A stretch of DNA of 64,000 nucleotides, from positions 135,780,001-135,844,000 of the forward strand of contig OX597815.1 in the NCBI GenBank assembly GCA_951406725.2, written 5' to 3'. The first letter of the stretch is position 1. Each line of letters opens with the position of its first letter. The stretch comes from Octopus vulgaris. Lineage: Eukaryota. This document shows positions 56,720 through 64,000 of this stretch, in pieces. The position numbers and the translations under genes were made by a program. The notes beneath the pieces are model-generated. The model searched no databases, had not been told where the DNA came from, and saw only the letters and a list, made by a program, of their open reading frames with translations.

Positions 56720-57520
56720 AGAATTCCAGAAACTGGAGGAGTACGGAACTGACATTGTTTTTAAGAGCCTGGTATTGGGCTGAAAGAGATAACCCAAACA
56801 ATATCCTCAGACCTACGCTGAAGAACAACGGCTACTCAAGAACTTTAGCAGAGATAGATCGAAAGAAGCAGGATTCTATTCGTTCCTATGCTTTGATAAT
56901 GAACAGAGCAAAGATGACAAGGATGGAGGCATGGATGTAGGTGAAAGATGTATAAACGAGACACTTGCCAGGGCAGAAGACCCAAGTGCAAGTGCCTCTA
57001 CCGCCATCAAAGTGAAAAACCGAGGAGGTGACAGAACCAAGAAGAAGAAACAACCAAAAGGATCAAAGACAAAAGATGAAACAGCCGAAGAAAGAAGCAA
57101 GTCTGACTGCTCACATAACAAAATATGTAAATTCAAATTGAAAGGTGTCTGCTGGCATGGAGAGGGAAGTGCAAGCTGCCATTTTGCACACCAAAGACCC
57201 TACAAAACCAACATTAATCAGGGTGGAAACCACTTGCTAAAAGGAAAGGATCACGTACCGCCATCCCCAAAATGGCTGTAGTACGCGCTACAAACCAGGA
57301 CAAAAGATTGTACAGCAACTGACGTGGGCACATCAATCTCACAGATGGGACTATCCCCAATAACACCGTACCAAATGGATCCAAGGTGGAAATCACATAT
57401 CAACAATACAGATATCACATTGGTGCTCTCACTAAACATCAGAGGACTGTTAACAGTACAGAGTTGCATCAAAATTATTAAGATAAACTTACATAGGAAT
57501 GAATGCGTGGCGTTCATGTA
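56720..57520 (+). mobile_element. Probable LINE 5' region: ORF1-like relic with CCCH finger and start of endonuclease
   Basis: ICKFKLKGVCWHGEGSASCHFAH followed by LVLSLNIRGLL; stops and frameshifts. Confidence 0.6.
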
Positions 57521-58284
57521 ATAATATAAATAATATAAATAATATATATATATATATATATACAAGTATCAATGCATACATATATGTACTGTTCTCTCTC
57601 CCCCTTCGTTTTCTCTCTCTTCCTTTCTATAATTATTTTCCACTTCCCTTCACCTTTCTCTACCTGTCCCTCTCTCTTTCCCACTCTTCCTCCTTTACCC
57701 TCTCGTTGTTCACATATGACCATCAGCCATCTTTCTTTTCCTAACCTGAACTTCTTTCTTTCCTTTTGATCTGCCACACAGATCACACGCATTCTTACCT
57801 GTCTCCTCTTCTATATTTTTTCCCGTCAAATCTTGTACCTCCAGCATTCGCCACCTCGCCTCGTTATGGCTTAGCAGCCTTTACTGTTTGTTTTCCCTGT
57901 CCTATTTTTGTTACCAACTTTGACCCACAGCAAATCCAAACTTTTATTTTGCTTTGCGGGAGCAGCTGTTTCTCTAAGACACATCTTGTCGTAATTGCTC
58001 GAAATGTGGAGTAGATAAAACAGCCGACAACTGATGAAGAGTCGTTCTTTATGTTGTCTTGTTTTACATTTGTTTTTCTTTTTTTCGCTAAAATAGTTCG
58101 TATTCTATGTTTTCGTATTTCGGATTTCATGTTGTTTAAGTTACATGACATCTTGTACTCATATATGCATATGTACATACATATATATGTATGTAAATAT
58201 ATGTATGCTTATATGCATATATATACATTATGCATATTATTATATGATTGAATGCAACGCATCCATTTTCGAGTAAGTTTGTAT

Positions 58285-58319
<35 letters not shown>

Positions 58320-58999
58320 TTTTGTGTATACGCACAGACATTCTGCATTAATCTTTAATATTTCGAGCCGAAAAATTGCTTCTTAAGAAAATGTTCGTTT
58401 GCAGCTTTGGATATCAGAATAGCTAGAACATTTTACATCCACTGCATGTAAACTTTGAAATTATGCGTAGCAAAGAAGTCGGCACTGCTACGGAATCCAG
58501 AACAAACCTAAGAACCGAAATAACATAGCAGCGATATTAATTCACCGCGACAAACATATTTTATTACATATATCTTTAGTCATTTTTTAGTGAAAAACAC
58601 CTCGATCAATAAATTCCTTTTCCCAAATGTCTTGAAAAATATAAGTGGAGCCGAAATCTATAAAAGTAGTTATTCCATTCTCGACTGTTCTTCCTAACAA
58701 ATTATAGATTGAACTTATTTTTAATTAACTTGGACACAATAGGAAACTTAGAGAAGTTATGGATCCTGATAAATTTTAAATGAAAATTGATCAATTACGA
58801 TTAAAGCTAATTCCAATAAACAAAAGTTTTAATCAATTGATGGGTGGTGGAAATTTTTCTAAACATCTATAGACCAATATATGAAAACGCCATTAATCTT
58901 TCATTAGACATGTGAAAAAATTTAAAAAAAACAACAATATAGCTTCTAGTTTCTTCTTTCAGTCATTATGAGACTGAATTCAGAAGGAATTTATATAGG

Positions 59000-61620
59000 T
59001 AACCCATTCAAGTGCACACAAACGACAGAACAAGTACCGAAATGTTAAGCTTATAATCAACAGAGATATGGAAGTAATAACATTCCTTCGGGAAAATCTC
59101 GTCAAACACACTAGAAGAAGCTAAGCCCCTTTTCATCGAGATGGGATATTTCCATGAATCGAAAAGTTGAAGCGACTTATAAGAGAAAAGAAATTAACAC
59201 GAAACTCTCCTCAGACACAGCCGGTGACTATCTTGAGCGGAGAGCCAACATAATTTCTATAGAAAACCAGATAAAAAGAGAAAATGTCATCAGTCACAAA
59301 AATACCAATATAATAATGAACTTAAATTATTAATTTTTAGACCTAGTCAACAGATGTTGTGACACTCGTTAGTACACAGCATTCGTGGGATAACGAAGAT
59401 AATCAATAACTCGAATATAAATCTTTAAACCTTCATTCTTCTCGAGAAGGCCAAAATTCTCTCCAACGTTACTAAACCATCATTTGAATGAGATACAGGA
59501 CAAATTTTCGAACTTCTGTGAAAGAAATTACACTGGAAATAAATATTTGACTGAGAAAACAATGAAAAAATATGTCGGAGTAATAAAAGTAGGTATAATT
59601 CAACAAAAGACCGAATAAAACAATAGACATTTTATATTCCTTAATCACCTTTCCATTTATGTACTACTTCATCCAAAATTCAAATCAATCACCAGTTGAA
59701 GAGAATAAAGAGAAATTAGCCATGAAATTTCAAGAAAAAATATTTTATTTAAAAAACAGGTAAGAGAAATATAGTAGTTATTGTGAAAATTTAAAAGACC
59801 ACATTGTTCCTTCTACAAGGTAAGTAGTTTGCAGCAGTCAATACAATGAAGAAACTCATCGTTGTAATCTCCTTAATTTGAGAATGTATTACAGATTGGA
59901 AATGTAACGCTTTAATGAACTTTGCTTGCAGAACTAGTAAGGATTGCCCAAGATCCACAAAGCTATAAATGATACCTGTAAAATATCAAGTTCAGCATAC
60001 ATACCACACTGTAGTAGGCTTAAAATAAGAACCATTTTAGCGTGCCTAACCTAAGAAATATAGAAATACTGTAAATTTGTCCACTTATTTTTATTGAAAC
60101 CTATTCAAAACATATCAAGTTTCGTAGGAGGGGATATACTTCAGGAAAACCTCCAAAAATAAAATAAAGTAAGCACTTTTATTTCATCATCCGATGATTT
60201 TATATGTACATAGAATAGAAGCAATAGAATTCTAGCTTGAAAAATTTTTTAATATAATTCCTAAATGCATTGAAATAATATTTCTTAATAAAATTAATCT
60301 TGTTAAATGCTTATTTGGACTTCGATTGCGTTAATTACAAATTTACTGGACCGGTTTTCCCAACTTACGCAAATCTAGTCATAGCATAACTAGAAGACCA
60401 AAATTTGGGGAAAAATTTTGATTAACGTTTGGTATTTATTTCTGCGAATATTTATTAGCCTACTGGAAACGGTGCATGGATTATCGTTTTGTGCTTCTGC
60501 TACTGCAGCACAATCTCGGTCAACTCAAGCAATTCAGAACCGAGATGAATAGCATGAATAATAATATTCGTTTCACAATGGAATACAAAAAAAAAACAAC
60601 TACACTTTCTATATACGTTAATAATTAAAGAGGCACAAACATGACCAATACCCACTTCAAACCAACAGATTCATTGCAATACCCGTTATTTACATTGTGC
60701 GATATGAAACATATATAAAAAAAAACATAAAATTTATTCTGGTTAGATAAGTTTGCGCCAGTGGTTTGTATTTTCGAACTCGGGATGTATGGCTCTCTGG
60801 ATTAAAGAAAACAATACGTGGAATCTGTTGCCAAATCTTTTAATGAACAGCGGAATAGAAAGTGTCAGTGCAATAGAAAAACATAGGGCACTCTAGATAT
60901 TCTTAATATTCTACCCTATAAGATAAATGTGCAACACAAGAAAGGTAGAAACATTTATCATCATTAAGTAGAATATTCTCTCTTTTAGACAAGAGCTTAG
61001 AGTGTAAAAAGCACCAGAAATACAAAATTATCAAAACCAAAAGTGAGCCAGTATCACAAAAAATAATTGTTCGCCAGCTCAATTAGGGTTAGGGTTACAG
61101 AATTACCGAAATTCCAAGTCTAACTGTCAAAAAGAACGACTCTCCCAAAGGGGGAATCCAAATTAACCTATTTCAAGGCGAATCATAAAGGCTTGAATTA
61201 AGAAATAAGACTAACGCTGAGAAATAACAAGAATATTCCGATTACGAAACTAATACTTATGTGAAAATTTGAACCTACATGCAGCAAACAAACTCCTAAA
61301 TAACTTTGAATTACTATATGCATTTCAAACAGCATTAGATTAAAATACCGGTGTGAATAGCAATTGGAATGTTTATACAAACGTAGACTGAGTCTATAAT
61401 ATTTTGTCGTAGAATATCTTTACAAAAAGACTTATATGTTTGATATGGTGTTCTAATCGAAGCTCTGTGTTTTTTAACACATGTGTATAATGAAAATACA
61501 TTTATTGGAAAATACAAACCATTATGTCAACACATCAGAAGGATACATTCGCTATGAATCACAAGACGCTTAGTTCTTATTGAAATTTAAAACTCACCTG
61601 CCTAAAATCGTCATTCAGAA
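59000..61620 (+). mobile_element. Highly decayed Penelope-like element (RT; GIY-YIG region not clearly readable)
   Basis: GLPKIHK (59941), MNSMNNNIRFTMEY (60545), QLHFL, KPTDSLQYPLFTLCDMKH (60659), in the PLE RT order; boundaries approximate. Confidence 0.78.
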
Positions 61621-61838
61621 TAATCCCTCACTAAATTGCCAGACTCCACCCCTCTGTTTTCTTTGTTTCTTCTTCATATATATATGTGTGTGTGTGTGTG
61701 TGTGAATTACAGAAAACAATTATTGATATCACGAATACTTTTAGTGATACATACATCTCAGTTGTTTATGTAATCAGTGGTTACGCATTTAGCCGCATTC
61801 TGCGCTTGTTGAAATTATACATGATATATGCACACATA

Positions 61839-62740
61839 CAGGGTGTCCCAAAATCAAACCAACCAGCGTTTTTTTAATTTTGCCACAGCAATATATTGTT
61901 ATAATTCGGGACCGAGAATTGCGATGTAATGGTAAAGGAAACACAGTTATAGCAATACCACATTTATTCGATATGACCAGCTCTGTTTCGAATCACACCC
62001 TTAAGTCTGGGTGTGAATGCTTCACACGCAGCACTTAGCTGTTCTTGCGGAATCAGATCCACATTCCTGGTGCCGTTTTGCCTTTAGGGCGTCGAGCGAA
62101 GCATGAGAAGTGCTAGAAACATTCGTCTCCAAAATGGACCAAACAAAAAAATTCAACGGATTGAGATTGGGGAATCTTGCGGGCCATACATCCTTGCCTA
62201 CCAATGTCGGAATGTTTTTTTCTGAATCCAGCGTTGTGTCTGTTTGGGGCTTTGTGATAGCGCTCCAAGGTGCGCCTTGAACGTGTTAATCCGCCCATGG
62301 AAGAAGTTGAGGTTGCAGAATGTCAGTAATGTATTGCTGGGTGCTAATTTTAACACCAGAGGGCACAAAAATGAGGGGAAACCTTCCATCCGTTCAAGCC
62401 ACAGCTAACTGTGGATTTTAACGGCGATTTACGAGTCTACTCTCGACGGAGCCAGATACACTCCAAAGTTAATCATTCATTCTGTTGGTTTACTGCCTGT
62501 TCGATGTCAAATATATTTAAACAGTGAACACTAGATTGAGCAGCGTGCCTTCAGCAATCTGATGCAGGATAAGACGATTTCTCTCCAGTTTTACGGCCTT
62601 ATAAACATGTGAGCTCATGACGGTGGATCATTTTATAGGGGTGGGTCCTGGGATCCTCCTTCAGCACTCGATACATCGATATTCGGCCTACTTTTGCTGC
62701 AGCAGCCAATTTTCAGTACGGTGCTTATATAACTGAAGCG
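61839..62740 (-). mobile_element. Decayed Tc1/mariner (maT-like) element
   Basis: TA plus TIR cagggtgtcccaaaatc; WPARFPNLNPLNFFVWSILE resembles WPPSSPDLNPLDY.IW..LE; right boundary uncertain. Confidence 0.75.
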
Positions 62741-63412
62741 CTGAATGCAGTTGCTTTCTGTTACTTATCACGGTTGTCACATTTTATTTCACCATCTCAA
62801 TGGATCATATCTGTCGCTTTGCCGGTTAATAAAATCGCCCTGGATATGCGAAAAAAAGCCTTTACAATCACGCATCATAAATATTCCTGATCAGAGCTGG
62901 CATGCATCAGAAAATGGACAACAACGTTATCAGCTTATTTACATTATTTACATTCGATGGATATTTGTCCTCATCTTGTTTGTTGTTAACACAAGATCAG
63001 GACAAATATCTGACGAATGTAAATAATGAAAATAATGTACATAAATTCTCACCTCTTAAATATAGAACAATGTTATCAGCTAATTTAATTATTAAGCTTT
63101 TGTATTTTCCTTTCATGTTGCATTTAATATTTAATCTATACTTACTCTCCATTTCTCTAGTTGAGTGCAAGCTATTATATCTACCTATCTATCTGTTAAC
63201 CTATCAATCAAACTACATTAATCAATGAAATTCCGACTTAGTCTGATTCTCACCCTTTATTATTTGAAATTACTATGGTTTTACAATTTTACAATTTTGC
63301 AACATTGTCATAAACTAGTACTTTAATGCGTAACGCAATCATCAGGTTTATGTAGTGACAGTCGTACTCCACAATTCCTACACACAAACACACACATATA
63401 CATACATACGTA

Positions 63413-63463
<51 letters not shown>

Positions 63464-63727
63464 GATTAAAACAAAAAAATATGACCTAACACAAATAACT
63501 CATAGAGATCAGTAAGATGAATTGGGTAAACGGTTAAAGATGTGTTAGCTTCCAAGGAGAGTAAAAGAAACGGCTGATACTAATTATGACCAACACCAAA
63601 TGAGGAGAGGATATCATTTCAAAAATCAATTTCTCTCGTAATGATATGTTGTTAAGGAAATGGATCTCAATAGGTGTCATAAGCAGAGTAGTTATCCTTC
63701 CCTCACTCCAGCCGACAAAAGACTTTC

Positions 63728-63775
<48 letters not shown>

Positions 63776-64000
63776 TGTGTGTGTGTTTGTGTGTATGGGG
63801 GGGTGTATACACTTCCTTTCTATATTTGTGTTACAAGATTAATACAGTGCAATCAATCGAAGAAACGAAATTATCTTTCGATGAGTTTATACTTCCTAGA
63901 AAACTCAGTTACTTTGTTTATTTCACTCAAGTTTTGCTATAAAATTGTTAGATAATACGCTAATATAGATATGAATTTAATAATTGGATTGTCAATGTAT

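Noticed and set aside
57960-58060. gacaa-CTGATGAAG...ttgtc hammerhead candidate in a pyrimidine-rich insert
   Set aside because: Lacks GAAA in the correct position; may be a PLE 3' relic but is unsupported.
61083-61097. TTAGGG telomeric repeat
   Set aside because: Only about 2.5 units inside a decayed element.

Overview
This is eukaryotic, AT-rich DNA saturated with (TA)n/(CA)n/(GA)n microsatellites and transposon relics, with one 100-N gap at 24509-24608. The composition and tRNA-type SINE families resemble an octopus/coleoid cephalopod genome; this is inference and not checked. No intact host gene is visible, and almost all ORFs in the supplied track are microsatellite translation artefacts. 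Recognisable content: an intronless, 3'-truncated copy of nucleoporin Nup210/gp210; DD37D (maT) Tc1/mariner elements; two MITEs; CR1/L2-group and RTE LINE fragments; two Helitron RepHel remnants; a decayed Penelope-like element (PLE); and about six SINE-like families. Two observations stand out. (1) The Nup210 copy lies between hAT-like terminal inverted repeats (12476-14251), which looks like a Pack-TIR element carrying spliced-mRNA-derived cargo. (2) At least eight type-I hammerhead-ribozyme-like motifs, from several sequence families, sit in short non-coding inserts bounded by microsatellites that are mostly (TA)n. Long fold-back palindromes accompany them, one built from the same element terminus. 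Together these suggest microsatellite-targeting, ribozyme-bearing, PLE-derived non-autonomous retroelements. All alignments, counts and family assignments were made by eye and need computational confirmation.
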